Below, in pieces: positions 1 to 12,135 of a stretch of DNA of 64,000 nt (positions are counted from its first letter, which is position 1; the number at the start of each line of letters is the position of its first letter). A program made the translations under genes and the position numbers. The notes under the pieces were generated by a model, which saw only the letters and a list, made by a program, of their open reading frames with translations, was not told the DNA's origin and made no database searches. This DNA is from Cladosporium halotolerans (Eukaryota): contig NW_027191464.1 of NCBI RefSeq assembly GCF_011745625.1, positions 62,001 through 126,000 on the forward strand, read 5' to 3'.

Positions 1-394
1 GAGGCTTTGCGCCAAGCGTTTTCTGCTGGTTCGTGAAGTCTATGGTAGTACATATCTTTTATGCATGTCTCTATCTTACACTTTGTTGTTTGCACATGTC
101 TCCAATGTGCGTGTCGTGGCTAGTGCAGCCGACGAAATCCAGGCGTGATGTCCGTTTTGGACTGGTTTGCCCAGAAGGAGTGGACGAGGTCACAGACTCG
201 TCTCATTGAGTCCAAATTCCTTTCTACTATGACTTGCCATCCTGAGTAGAGTCTTGCGTGCTCTGCTTGTAGGAGCAGACTTGTCCTGGCCTTCCAACTC
301 AATTCGGGCACCCATGAGCGTCATTACCAGGCAAACCCAACCAGATGTCCGCCATATCTCCTCTTGCTTATATCCCCTCAAAAGCCTCGTAGAC

Positions 395-1043
395 TCAAGC
401 CTTCTCCTGCGCAAACGGATCAACCCCCTCTTCAAGCAGCGAAACCTTCTCGCCGCCATCAGGTGTCAGACTCCACTCCGTCGTCTCGAACTGTAACAAG
501 AGATCCAGTCAGCAGAAGCTCATTTTTGAACCCCCAAAACACTCCACCATATTTCTCTTTCCCATAGATACGGGGACTACTCACAAAACCCATCCTCTCC
601 CTCCTCACACACCTCAACCTCATCTCCCCGCGTCCCCTCGTCCCCCTAACGCCAAACCGCACATCAATCTCCCCATGCACCTGGTCGATCTTGCCCCAAA
701 TCCACGGCAGCTGCTGCGCGAAGTAGATCTCGTCGCCCAGCAGCCGCCTCGCCTCGCCGTTCGTCCTCAGGCTGTACAGAGCGCTGCTGACGACGCTCGA
801 GTTGCTCTTCTGGTAGTTGAAGATGGCCAGCGTGCAGGCGGCCATGATGGCCGCGAAGGCCGGGAGGGTGCGCAGCCAGGCGTTGCGGGAGGAGAGGGGG
901 GGCAGGGCGCGGTCGGCGCGCCGCTCCATGAGGGGGCCGGAGTTGGGCTTCGGGGCGGCGATGAGGGTGCGGCGGGCGGGGAGGGAGGTGGTGGTCGGTT
1001 GGCGGAGGGCGGCGTGCGCCCGGGCACGCAGGCGGGGGAGCAT
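395..1043 (-). CDS. COA1: Cytochrome c oxidase assembly factor 1 (Coa1 family), mitochondrial
   Basis: MLPRLRARAHAALRQ presequence-like N-terminus, one TM segment, motifs FNYQKSNSSVVSSALYSLR and WIWGKIDQVHGEIDV. Exons 1043-585 and 490-395; GT-AG intron 584-491 in phase 0, ending FETTEWSL...EKA*. Confidence 0.85.
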
Positions 1044-2082
1044 TGTGCTTTGGTGTGGGTTGGTGGGGTTGGCGTTGGGGCGTAGACGTGGTTGTTTTTT
1101 TTTGATGCTGGTGGAGGATGTGTATACGTCAAAGTCGAGATGGGTGCTGGCCCGATTAGGAAGGAAGCGCTGGAAGCCGCGGGCTATGGGAAGATCACGT
1201 GATTTCGTGGAATTTGAGGACGACGCCGTCACCGATTGATGTGGACGTACATATGAGATGAAAGGTGTCTTGAAGAACATAATCAAGTATCGTGTATCGT
1301 ATGTATTAAGAGGCTACTATATTCGATGATTGATCCCTCCAAAATCCAATCACCTGGTCAGATGAATCGCTAAATGTATCGTCTCGTCGTAATAATCGGA
1401 ATAACCGCGAGAAGTACACGACAATCTTACGCACTGCCGCGTGCTTACACGTGATCAAGTGCGAATGCCATTGACTTCCCAATATACATCGAGGCTGTGA
1501 TAACTCCCCGAGCCACCGCAGCCGTCAGCCGTGCATGCAGCGAAACGCCGAGGGTCTTGGGAAGTCGTTAGCGGCTTTAGCTGCATACTCCAACACTGCA
1601 GTAGCCGCGAACAGTTGCCTTCAGGTCGCATAGAGTAGTGCAACGGCGCTGGTTCGAAATAGGTGACCCTGAATAATGCAGGGTTGTTGATTTCGAAACT
1701 GCAGAATCTCTGGAGTGCCGAGACGCTGAGTCATGTTGTTCGGGTATTGCAGGCAACTGCCGAGTAAGATGGCTGTGTCCGTCGAGGCTGGAAGTCCGTC
1801 GTCGGGCCTTTGATATAGAAGTGCCGAGTGATCGGTGTTTAGTCAGACCGATCATCGGGGGCGCAAATAGTCCAAGTTGACGATGCCTTGTCGACGATGG
1901 CTGGTCATCGCAGATGGAAAATAAGGCATCCTCGCTAATGGTTGCTGGCAATGTGCGGATGGTGATGATGTGCGGTGGCGTGTACAACCTCCGCCAGGTG
2001 CCAGCAATGCAGCTCGTGTTTTGGTGAAACGACACCAACGTGCCGCAACGTAACGTGAAAACCAGGAACACTCTTCCTCAAA

Positions 2083-2598
2083 TCAAGGAATCAGCGCCCT
2101 AGCCCTCTCCATCGCCTCGTCATCGATAGTGAAACTCTCGAGCATCTTCAGCTTCTTCTGGTACTCGGCGGCCTTCTTGCGCGCAAGCTCCTCGGCCGTG
2201 TGCTCCTCGTCGACGTCGTCGCTCGGGAAGACGGCGAAGTTGCGCCAGTCCCTGCAGCCCTTCTCCGCCTTCATTTCCTTGACGATGCTGGCGTAGAGGC
2301 GCGGATGGCTCATGCGAAGGCAGCGCTGCGGGCTGCGGGTGTCTGGCGGCACGGGCATCATCAGGGCCTCGATCTTGTCGTCGGATTCGCGGCGGCAGGG
2401 CGGGAGGAGGGCGATGCTCTCGTTGGAGGAGGCGCGGGAAGGCGTGCTGTTGGTGGTGCTGTTGCTGTCTTGGCGGCGGAAGTTGAAGCTGGAGAACTTT
2501 GGTCGCGAGTTGTGTGTAAGGGAAGTTGGCCGGACAGGACGTGGCGCCTGCTCAACTGGTGTTGCGCCTTTGGAGGGGCGGAAGCAGCTGAACGGCAT
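2083..2598 (-). CDS. Hypothetical protein (Ser-rich N-half, charged C-half)
   Basis: Intronless ORF from ATG 2598 (MPFSCFRPS) with good ACC context and biased codon usage; no family recognised. Confidence 0.6.
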   Translation of the reverse strand: MPFSCFRPSKGATPVEQAPRPVRPTSLTHNSRPKFSSFNFRRQDSNSTTNSTPSRASSNESIALLPPCRRESDDKIEALMMPVPPDTRSPQRCLRMSHPRLYASIVKEMKAEKGCRDWRNFAVFPSDDVDEEHTAEELARKKAAEYQKKLKMLESFTIDDEAMERARALIP

Positions 2599-4607
2599 GG
2601 TGGTGAATCGTTGTAGTGTATGGCTGTATGGAAGAGGTGTGGATCGGCGGTGGTAAGGCAGTGGCGGTATTACAGTAATTAAATCGACGCTGATCAATGC
2701 TCGCTTGAAAGATGGACGGAGTCGGTTGCGCGGGTACAGTAATCAAGCCCGGTATCGCTGCTCAGCCTGGTGCCGGGGTGTTCGGCAGTGGTGTGCTGAT
2801 CGCGGTCGTATCTGCAGAGGGAGCGCGGCTACGACGAGCGGACGGGCGAAGCGTGCGCAGCCTCAGCTTGGAATAGAAAGGTGTTGGTGGTGGGTGCGGA
2901 CATGGCTATGGCGAGGGGGAGCGCATGGGAGCAGCGGTGCAGGCGGGGCGCGGGTGTTATAGTGAAGGAGGTGTGGGCAGCATGGCAGGGTGCGCGGGTG
3001 GACGAGGAAAGGCAATTCAAGGCCGTGGTGGGCAGCGAGTGGGATGGGTGAATACCTGGGCTGCGGTACCTCCGGGTCGGTGCACGGGCAAGCACGGCGA
3101 GTGGGCGGGCGACGGACAAGCATTTTGGGGCAGGCCGGGAGCGACGGCACCCTGCGCCCTGACGACTGGCGGCGGCCAGCGCGGCCAGCCGACACCGCAG
3201 TAGCGTCAGCGCACGCAGGCCCGCCGTGTCTTTGATTTGCCGCGCCCTCCTTGCGCGCCCACTCGAGCCACTCTACCTCCGCCGGCCGCTATCTGATCAT
3301 GCAGCCGGTTGGGCCTGCTGATCGATGCGTCCGCGAGAGTGGCAGAAAGCCTGATCGCGCCGCCTGTGGCCCCGACCCTGCTCATCAGCGTGACAATCGA
3401 CCACAATTGTGTTGTATGGTATGCCAGCACGGATTGTCACCGCCCAGCGACCCCGTCATCGGCATCGGCGCCCCGTCATCAACGATCGCTCATCGCTCGG
3501 TCCACGGCATGTCTGGCCCCGCGCAACCGTTCTGCAGGCGCGTTGCTGGCCACGCGCTGGCCGTGTGTGCCGGCGTGCCGTGCGCTGCTCTTCAGCTCGG
3601 AGCTCCGCCATCGTCGTCGCTCGCAATTTACCCGAGCACGCCGAGCCAGCGTGTCTGAGCTGCGGTGCGGTACGCCACTGCGCGTAGGGTAGCTCTCGAC
3701 CTCGACCTCGACCTGCTACACAGCTACTTCTAGACGACCACCCGCAGCCTCGCTTGGCCGACGCTGGTGGCGCGCATGCTAAGAGCACCGTTCGTGCACC
3801 TCGCACACCCCGCTAAAGCAGCAGCGGCAGACAGGCCGCAGCGATGCGACGCGCCCATGCAGCCTCTCGCACGCTGGCCCGCCTGCATCCTCCCCATGGG
3901 CAGACCCCACGTTTGGCGTCTCATCGCCCTTGGCCCTCGCCTGCTGCGACGGCCTGCCGGCAAAAGGTAAGAGCGCACGCGGACTTCCTCCGTCGCAGGA
4001 AGCGCGCGCGTCATCTTCTTCCCACCTATAACAGCCGGCAGGCCGGGGCCTGTCAGCCTACAGCGCAACGCCCCCGGGAACCTTACAGTCGCATCGTATT
4101 CCCGCTCGTTACACTGGGAGTTGCCGTGCAGGAGGGTTCGTAGCTTCTTCCATGCAGCGCAACCTTGCGACGAGGGGTTGCGACTGCCCGTATGGAACAC
4201 TCGTTTATTCGCCGGCGCTTCCTCATCGCGAGACCCTGCCGGGAGCGGTCGGGAGCATTGAGGGGCATGCCACGATGTTGAATGATGATCGTGGTGATCG
4301 CTGTTGCGCTGTCAACGTGTGGTGAGACGTCACGTGTCGCCGGGTGACAGGAGGCCACGACATCTCTCATTCTTGCTACGCTGCCACGCTGTTCTGCCAG
4401 ACCGTGATGAACGCGTGTATCGTATGATCGGCGATGGAGGATAAGGCATGCACCGGGTCACGATCCATCGGCTGCCGAGGCAGCTCGAGAATAATATGCT
4501 GTAGCCACGAGCCAGCTGACCGACCAGGAACATGCAAGACAATAGCCGGCGATAATGCAGTCGTCGAGCTCATAGCATTCATTGGTATCTGATCATGCAC
4601 ACGCAAT

Positions 4608-5740
4608 CTACCGACTGCCCTTCTTCCGGAACGTGAAACTGCGCATCTCGGTCAGCCAGGCCAGGCACACACAAGAATCCACAAACCAATCGTCTCTCAG
4701 GATCCCAACCAAACCACCCAGCCCATCAAACACCAGAATCAAAACAACAACGAGGAAAAGGAAAACCAAAACTCACAAATTGACGTTCTGCCCATAATAC
4801 TCCCCCTCGAACGGATCATCCCCCACCCTCTCCACCTCAAACACCTTCCGCGCAGCCTTCAAAAAATGCATGTCGGCCTTCCGCCTCTTCACAAAGCAAA
4901 ACCAGCACACTGTCCGCTCGCCAATCAGCTCCTCCAGCGTCCGCATCAGCAGCGGGAATGCGGGTTCGAAGTAGATGCAGTCGGCCGCGAGGATAATTTC
5001 CGGCTGCGCCGGGAGGCCCGCGGGCGTCGGCTCGCCCCAGTTGTAGATGCTGGGCGTGACGGTGCTGGTGAGGTCGTTGAGGGCGGTGTTGCGCTGCATG
5101 AGGGGGAGCATGGGAGCTTGGTCGGTTAGGTGGAGGGGCGTGCTGAGGGGGATGGATTTGGCGAGGGCGAGGCTGTGGGGTGGTTAGCTGGGTCGCTTTG
5201 CGGTTTAGGATGGAGTGGGATGGGGATTGATGTAGGTCTCTCTCGGACGATCATGCGTGCCGTGGTGCGTTGTGGAAATGTTGTGGCGACTGGGCGCACC
5301 GCATCGCACGAGAGTCGGGATACATAGGAGGCGTAGAGGAGCGAGGAGAATGCGATCGATCAAACATACCCGACCAGCCCACCTCCAGCGCCTAATTCAA
5401 CACTACAAACAAACCAAGTCAACAATCAACCCTCCCTTCCAAAAGAATCTCACAAGCCAAGCCAATCAATCACATACATGCTCTCCGCACTCCTAATCTC
5501 CTCCCTCTTCGTCTTAAGCAGGTACTTGGCCAACCGCATGCCGGCGGGCCACAGCATGCCGCCGCAGCCCGCGGCGAGGTCCTCGTGCAGCAGCAGCGGC
5601 GGGTCGAGCAGGCCGTCGAAGGTCAACGACTGCGTGTTGGCCTTGAGGTACTGGGGCGCTTGGACCAGCTCTTCGCTGAAGCCGAAGGGGTCGTTTTCTG
5701 GCGAGGGAGAGCGAGGGGGGGTTGTGGCGGAGGGTGACAT
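4608..5740 (-). CDS. EFM6: Protein-lysine N-methyltransferase, METTL21/Efm6-like (Methyltransf_16)
   Basis: Motifs LHEDLAAGCGGMLWPAG, LELGAGGGLVG (small exon about 5370-5402) and ILAADCIYFEPAFPLL...RRKAD. Four exons; the last exon 4638-4608 is inferred from a branch site and CAG acceptor. Confidence 0.8.
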
Positions 5741-6819
5741 TTTTTTTTTATTTGTATTAGCGCTTCTGATTAGGTGGGATGAAACGAACGAAGGAACGAC
5801 AGAGAGCGAGTGGTGGTATTTCTTTTGGTTGTTTCGTGTTTCTGGTTATTTCGCCTCCAACCCTACGTTTCCAGCCCCAGCAGGACTTTCGCCCACGCAC
5901 GACGTTTCGTCGTCCGTTATCTTTTTGGCGGGCGCCAGTGGGGCTAGACCTTCCCACAGCCGTGCGATCATTGGGTTTTGGGCGTCCCGCTGCGCGCGCC
6001 GGCGCGAGAAAGCTTGTCCGCGAGGCTTGTCCAAGGGTCGTGAGCTAGTGGGCATTATCACCGCGAGTTATAGCGTGGCTTGAGCGAGGTACACCTCTGT
6101 ACATCCTGCAAGTCCACTTGTGAGTACGCATCGCGTGTCCATGTTTCACCGCCAAGGGCTGGCGATGAGCTTGTTTCGGACGAGAATCCTTCCGCACACG
6201 CGGTCGATGCGCGACTGAGGGCTTTGCGGTCGGTCGGCCACGTATTGCAGGCATCAGGCTTGCAGCTGCTGCGATGCGCCGCGTTCAGACCGGTGTCGAA
6301 TGGTGATGATGGTACCCAACTGGTGGGAGCTCTGTCGTCCTCGCCAGCAAGCTGGACGGGCATGCTACCTCAAGCGTACGACTGCGAGTCCCTGCAGCTC
6401 AAATAATGCAGCGCGCGAATCACAGTTGTCTCCGTCACGCGAGTTGTTTCAATTGCAAAATACCGCTCTTGAGGCCGCGTGATGCGCCAGCGCATGCGAG
6501 CTATGGAGGGCTCACACCGCTTGGAGTGACCTCATGCAACCTCGCTTGATCGCGAAGATGCCTGAGTCTTGCTGTCTTGGGAATGTCTGAATCGTACGTC
6601 ATGTGCAAGCAAAGTCTTGAGCAGAGAGGGCGAAGTCGTTCGCCGGTAAGGCGCCTGGTCCTAAGGCCGACGTACAAATTTTCGTGGAGCTCCATGGCCG
6701 CATCGAGGCTTGACCGCAGCTTTCGAGTTCCAAGAGGAGCATCATCCATGCTTTTGACTATTGTCTTTACTTTGTCTAAAACTTCCACGCCGTCGTCGTG
6801 GTTACACTCATGCCCTCAC

Positions 6820-7642
6820 TCAAGCAGCGCCCGCCCCCTTCCTGAAACTAACCTTCTCCACCCCCACGCTCTCATTCCCCTCCGCATCCTTCTTCAACTG
6901 ATACACGTACAACACCAGCACATCGCCCTGCACATCCATGAGCACGAAGCTCGGGGTATTCGCGTCCTCCTCCTCGCTGGCGCCCAGCGTCTCGTCCATC
7001 CAGCTGTCGGCGCCCGTCGCGCTGCCCGGGTTGACGAAGAACTTGCCCTCCATCTCGTAGGCCTCGAACTTGCACGTGCCGCCCCAGCACAGCACGTCCA
7101 CGTCCATCTGCCGCGCCGCGATCAGCAGTGCGTCCGGGTCGCCCGGCGGCACGATGCTGTCGCCGTGCGTGAAGCCGATGCGCAGGCTGCCGTGCGTGAC
7201 GACTTTGGAGAGGGCGGTCGGGATCGGGAAGCTGGGCTCGCCGCTGCTGCCGCCGCTGGGTGGTTGTTGCTGGCCGTAGGGCGCGGCGGGCGGCGCGGCG
7301 CTGCTGAGCGGGATGTCGAAGTCGCCTTTGACGAGTTGGAGGTCGGGCGCGATGCCGCGCAGGAAGGAGTAGACGGAGGGCGAGGTCAGGTTGCCGAGGC
7401 AGAGGATCTGGCCGATTTTGCCGGGTGTGAGGAGCTTCTTGAACTGTTGATGAGAAATGTTAGTTGCTCGCTCGCGATCGGGGATCAATTGGGTCGTATA
7501 GGTTGTCGTACTTTTGCGGGAATGTCCTAGCCCAGCCGTCAGCCTGGCGGGTTCATGGTTGCGGCGGGTTGGGCATGGAGCTCACGATTGCGCGGTCTGG
7601 GATGAAGAGGTCGCCGAGGACCAAGACGAGTCTTGACGCCAT
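6820..7642 (-). CDS. VPS29: Retromer subunit Vps29
   Basis: MASRLVLVLGDLFIPDRAI, 15-nt micro-exon DIPAK (7526-7512), then FKKLLTPGKIGQILCLGNL...FFVNPGSATGA...PSFVLMDVQG. Confidence 0.95.
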
Positions 7643-8616
7643 GCTGGTGTGTGGTCTAGTTGCCTGGAATTGACTGCGATACTCTCCTGTCGCAACTTCC
7701 TAAACGGGAATTGAGTGAGGTTGAACGTTTACCAGCAGCCTGCTGCTGAGCTAGCATGTCCAGGCCGTGATCTGGGCGAGCTGCGGTTTGGTGGAGCAGC
7801 TGTGGAGAGGATACGCGGAAGGTGACCCGAGGCCGCTCGGCAAGCGCCAACGCCGTTGTCGGCTGGGACGTGGCGGGTCGACTCCAACGGCGGAAGTGCC
7901 CTCTCGACGGTATCGGCTATTGCGGTCGATGATGGCCATGGGGATGCGTCCCGGTTGTGAGTCGTCACCCCATCCGGTGGTAGGCGGACAAGACTCAGGT
8001 GGACCCTTCTCGGATGGAGGTGTCATGGAGCCGGGAAACACCAGACGACATCAATTGATTGAAAATTGATTAATCGATCAATCAACCTTTGCCTCTCGCA
8101 ATTGCCGACCTCGCTGGCCCGAGCCCCCTGCTTTTTGAACGGCAGTCCAGGTCATCACTCTGCTAGTTCCCGTTTCATCAACACGCCGTCGAGTCGACAG
8201 CCCGCTTCCATCAGATCCCATCGATCCCATCAAATTCCACCGTTTCCTCCCATCAGTCCGGCTTCTGCAAGGTACACGCTCACGCGCGCCAAACAAGCTC
8301 CCGATTACACACCCAGATTGTCGTCATCCTGGCTTCCACACTGCCCCGCTTTCGCTCCCTCGTCCGCTGTAGCCGATCTCTCTCGGCTGCCGTCAAGCTG
8401 GCTCCACGGGAACGCCTGAGTCTCATCTCGAGACATTTCAATACCAATGCTCACGTTCCGCTGAACACACCTTTCTCCATCGAGCGCAACAGCAGTCCCG
8501 GCGACGACATTGAGCATTCTTCCCTACCTAAAGCACAGAGTCGCCAATTCGGTACCCAAACAACCCCACCAAAGAAAGAAGAGCCCGCCCAAGAAGAGAA
8601 GAAAGAGCCAGTCAAG

Positions 8617-9768
8617 ATGTCTAGCCAGCCCCCTCACCCTACTGTGCTCATCCCGGGCCCGATCGAGTACGACGATGAGGTTCTCAAGGCCATGAGCCAC
8701 TACAGCGAGCCGCACACCGCCGTGCCCTTCGTCAAGGTCTTCGGCGAGACCCTCACCATGCTCCGCCAGCTCTTCCAGACCACCAACCCCAACAGCCAGC
8801 CTTTCGTTATCAACGGTTCTGGAACTCTTGGATGGGACCAGGTCGCTGCCAACCTGGCTGAGAGGGGCGATGACGTCCTCGTTCTTCACACGGGCTACTT
8901 CGCCGACAGCTTCGCAGACTGCTTCGAGACTTATGGCGTCAAGGCAACTCAGCTGAAGGCCCCCATTGGCGACCGTCCTCAATTGGACGAGGTTGAGAAG
9001 GCTCTCAAGGAGAAGGAATACAAGATCCTGACCGTCACGCACACCGACACCAGCACTGGCGTGCTGTCCGAGATCAAGGCCCTCAGCGAGCTCGTGCACC
9101 GCGTGTCGCCCAACACACTCGTGGTCGTCGACGGCGTCTGCTCCGTTGCCTGCGAGGAGATCCGCTTCGACGACTGGGGCATCGACGTCGTCCTCACCGC
9201 GACCCAGAAGGCCATCGGCGTGCCCGCCGGCCTCAGCATCCTGATGGCCAGCGAGCGCGCCATCGAGCGCTTCCGCGCGCGCTCCACGCCGCCGCCCAGC
9301 TACTACGGCAGCTGGAAGAACTGGCTGCCCGTCATGCAGAACTACGAGGCCAAGAAGCCGTCCTACTTCGCCACGCCGTCGCCCCAGCTCATCCACGCCC
9401 TGCACACGTCGCTCACGCAGATCCTCAGCCGGCCGTTGGAGGAGCGCTTCAGGCTGCACAAGGAGGCTAGCCAGAAGGTGAAGAAGGCCGTTGCTGAGCT
9501 CGGCCTCAAGCAGCTGCCCACAAAGCCCGAGAACGAGGCTAACGGCATGACCGCTATCTACTTGCCCGAGGGTCTGACGCCGCCCGAGATCCTGCCCAAG
9601 CTGATCGCAAAGGGCATCATCTTCGCCGGTGGTCTTCACAAGGAGATCGCTACCAAGTACATCCGTTTCGGCCACATGGGCGTCTCCGTCACCGACCCCA
9701 AGAGGGATGACCTGGACAAGGCCATCAAGGCTCTCAAGGAGGGTCTGGCTGAGGTCTCGCAGAAGTAG
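8617..9768 (+). CDS. AGX1: Alanine:glyoxylate aminotransferase (class V PLP); probable non-AUG N-terminal extension from 8341/8398 (see findings)
   Basis: LIPGPIE, GSGTLGWD, VVVDGVCSV, TATQKAIGVPAGL (PLP Lys), YFATP, IRFGHMG; intronless with strong codon bias. Confidence 0.92.
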   Translation: MSSQPPHPTVLIPGPIEYDDEVLKAMSHYSEPHTAVPFVKVFGETLTMLRQLFQTTNPNSQPFVINGSGTLGWDQVAANLAERGDDVLVLHTGYFADSFADCFETYGVKATQLKAPIGDRPQLDEVEKALKEKEYKILTVTHTDTSTGVLSEIKALSELVHRVSPNTLVVVDGVCSVACEEIRFDDWGIDVVLTATQKAIGVPAGLSILMASERAIERFRARSTPPPSYYGSWKNWLPVMQNYEAKKPSYFATPSPQLIHALHTSLTQILSRPLEERFRLHKEASQKVKKAVAELGLKQLPTKPENEANGMTAIYLPEGLTPPEILPKLIAKGIIFAGGLHKEIATKYIRFGHMGVSVTDPKRDDLDKAIKALKEGLAEVSQK

Positions 9769-10018
9769 AAGAAAAGTTAGCTTGTCTGGCTGAGGAACAT
9801 AGGAATGCATATATGATACAGAAATCCACGACTCAATGCACACAAGTTCGTTCTCATACTGTCTCTCATATCTCATTGTCTGCATATCTCCAAACGACTA
9901 ATCGAACACCCAACTCCACAAAAATCCCCAAACTCCAAAGACCTGGTATCCGTTGTCCAACCAATACCTCCCAAACTCCAGACCCTTTCTCAAATCTCCC
10001 CTCGCCCAATCTCACCCC

Positions 10019-10676
10019 TCACTCCCCCACCAACTCCAAAAACTCCACCCTCCCCCCCTTATCAACCTTCGCCCACACCGCAAACGGCACCTGCACGCGC
10101 CTCCCCAGCTCCCCGCTCTCCCACTTCGCCCTCCCAAACACCGCGACATCCTCGCTTCCTCCTCCCGCTCCAAACGCAGTTTCGACGTCGAACTCCAGCC
10201 CCGTGCGGTGCCGCCGCATGTCCGCGAGCGTCTGCGCGATGGCTTCGGGGCCGGTGTGCGCGATGCTGCTGTGTCGCCGGTGGCGGCGGGCTGAGTCGGG
10301 GAGGTTCCTGGGAGTGAGGGTTAGTAGGAGAGAGATTGGGTGGAGCAGGGGGGGAGACGAACCAGTGCGGGCAGAGGAAGGTTGCGTCGGAGGTTGTGAG
10401 GGGGGCGACGGAGGAGGCGGTGGGGTTTGGGTGGGTTAGGAGGGCGAGGACGGGGGTTGAGGGGTTTTGCTTGGTTGTCGAAGGTGCTGAGGTCGGTTGG
10501 CTGGTGGGTTGCGATGGGAGTTGGGAGGGAATGTCGGCGTGTGTGGAGGGCTTGGTTGGTGAGAGCGCAGGCGAGCCGGGTGCGGAGGCGGCGAGGAGCT
10601 CGTCGTCGAGTTTGGTCAGAGTTGATCTGAGGCTGCCTGCGGGCAGAGATGGGGCGATGACTGCTGTTTCGGCCAT
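10019..10676 (-). CDS. Hypothetical protein: low-complexity N-terminus plus possible SnoaL/NTF2-like C-terminal domain
   Basis: ORF 10676-> joins ORF ->10019 through an intron at about 10361-10308 (GTTCGT...CTAAC...CAG). C-terminal pattern ETAFG..EDVAVFGRAKW...VPFAVWAKV..GRVEFL resembles NTF2-like beta strands. Confidence 0.55.
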
Positions 10677-11703
10677 GGTGGGGTGCGTGGTCGGATGGAG
10701 TGAGGTTGTTGGACTGTGGGTAGGTTGAGAGCTTGATTATTGAATTGAAGTCGGCGAATGAGATGGATCGTTCGTGATTGGTTTGGCAATCTTGAGTTGT
10801 TTCAATGCGGGCTTGAAGAATGTAAGAAAATCAGAAACAAATCTCTCCAAGTAGCTCAATGAAGCTAGGTAAGGGTAGACCTGAGAAAACCCAAGCTCCT
10901 CATATTATACATCACGGAACGCCACGGTTGGTCATCAATGCGCAGCAATAGGTACTAAGTGCCGCCGAGACCTCATCCTCCGCCCTTGAAAACGCGCATC
11001 ATGACAAGAACTCTATCAGAGAACAAGACGCGGACAAGGCGCGGCCGCGTCGCGCGGTCCCCTCGCGACTCAAGATGCTAAGCATTTCTTATCTTCAGAA
11101 GCGTCTTCGCGAAAGATGGACGAGTCATCCAAGACCCTTTGCGCGGCAGCGAAGTCGAGGGCGCGAGTCTGGGCTCGTGGAATGCGGCGGCCACGCGCAT
11201 GAGTGCAGATGTCATGGCGGGAGGATGGTCCGTTGTACGCGTGAGCTCGACATGGCATGCGCTATGCCCGACGAATGAGGTGCTTCTAGGCGCTTGGCAT
11301 AGCGGGGTCTCTCTCCCTGGGCGATGAGGTCTCTGGTGCTCTTGGGTTCTCTTGGGGTCCATTCTTGTTGCGGCTTTCCTATTTGGCTCTTTCGGTCGAT
11401 TGGCGATACCCACGATCTAAGATCCGTTTGCTTGCCGCTTGTTCCTACCCCTGGTTGTACGCGAATTCGGACCCGACGTTGCTCGCAGTCACGTGCGATA
11501 GCCCGCGACAAGATCAGTCTCTTGCGCGGAAGACATTAACAGCCATCAGGAGCTCGAATAGACAGAAGAACGTACATCGGTGAACAGACTTTAGAAAGCA
11601 TTCACATGGTGACTGTCACGAAGGACCTACGAATGCCGTTATCGTCCAAGTCTACAACAGACGTGCAAGTCGGCACGTGACATTGAAACATCCTGTTTAA
11701 TCC

Positions 11704-11808
11704 GGTGAGATGGCCGAGCGGTCTAAGGCGCTAGCTTAAGGTGATACCTCCTGGTATTCCTACAATCGCTAGTCCGAAAGGGCGTGGGTTCGAATCCCAC
11801 TCTCATCA
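11704..11808 (+). tRNA. tRNA-Leu(AAG) with 25-nt intron (11742-11766)
   Basis: Acceptor GGTGAGA/TCTCATC, D-arm GCCGAGCGGTCTAAGGC, anticodon stem CTAGC/GCTAG with loop TT-AAG-G|intron|C, long variable arm, T-arm GTGGG-TTCGAAT-CCCAC, downstream T-runs. Confidence 0.95.
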
Positions 11809-12135
11809 ACATCTTATTTTGTCTTTTTTTGTCAAGCATGAGCTCGGCAGCGTCTGGACTCAACGAACAAAAAGAGACGACACTATCCTTTTGATTGTAT
11901 AGCCTACAGGGTACGGATGAAGCGTATAGCTCATGACTAGACTGACAACATCATTTGCGTGTCTCAACTCAGCAGCAATCCTTTCGATATCAAGGCCTTT
12001 CTTTTAACCAGAGGTTCAGGATAAACATCTGCCGATTCACGTTCTCTGCCAAAACTCCAACAGTACGCAAATTCAAAAGTTATACAATTGATGAACCACA
12101 ACTTACCACCAAAATCAAAAACCACAAAGATGCTA

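Noticed and set aside
1044..1286. Upstream extension of the COA1 ORF
   Set aside because: TTG-started, runs through promoter-like A-tract sequence; ATG 1043 already gives a typical presequence.
2700..4600. Many overlapping ORFs and (CTCGAC)3 at about 3695
   Set aside because: GC-rich promoter/UTR sequence; the ORFs lack coding signal.
8524..9885. 453-aa antisense ORF over AGX1
   Set aside because: Mirror-frame artefact of strong C-ending codon bias; no protein-like motifs.
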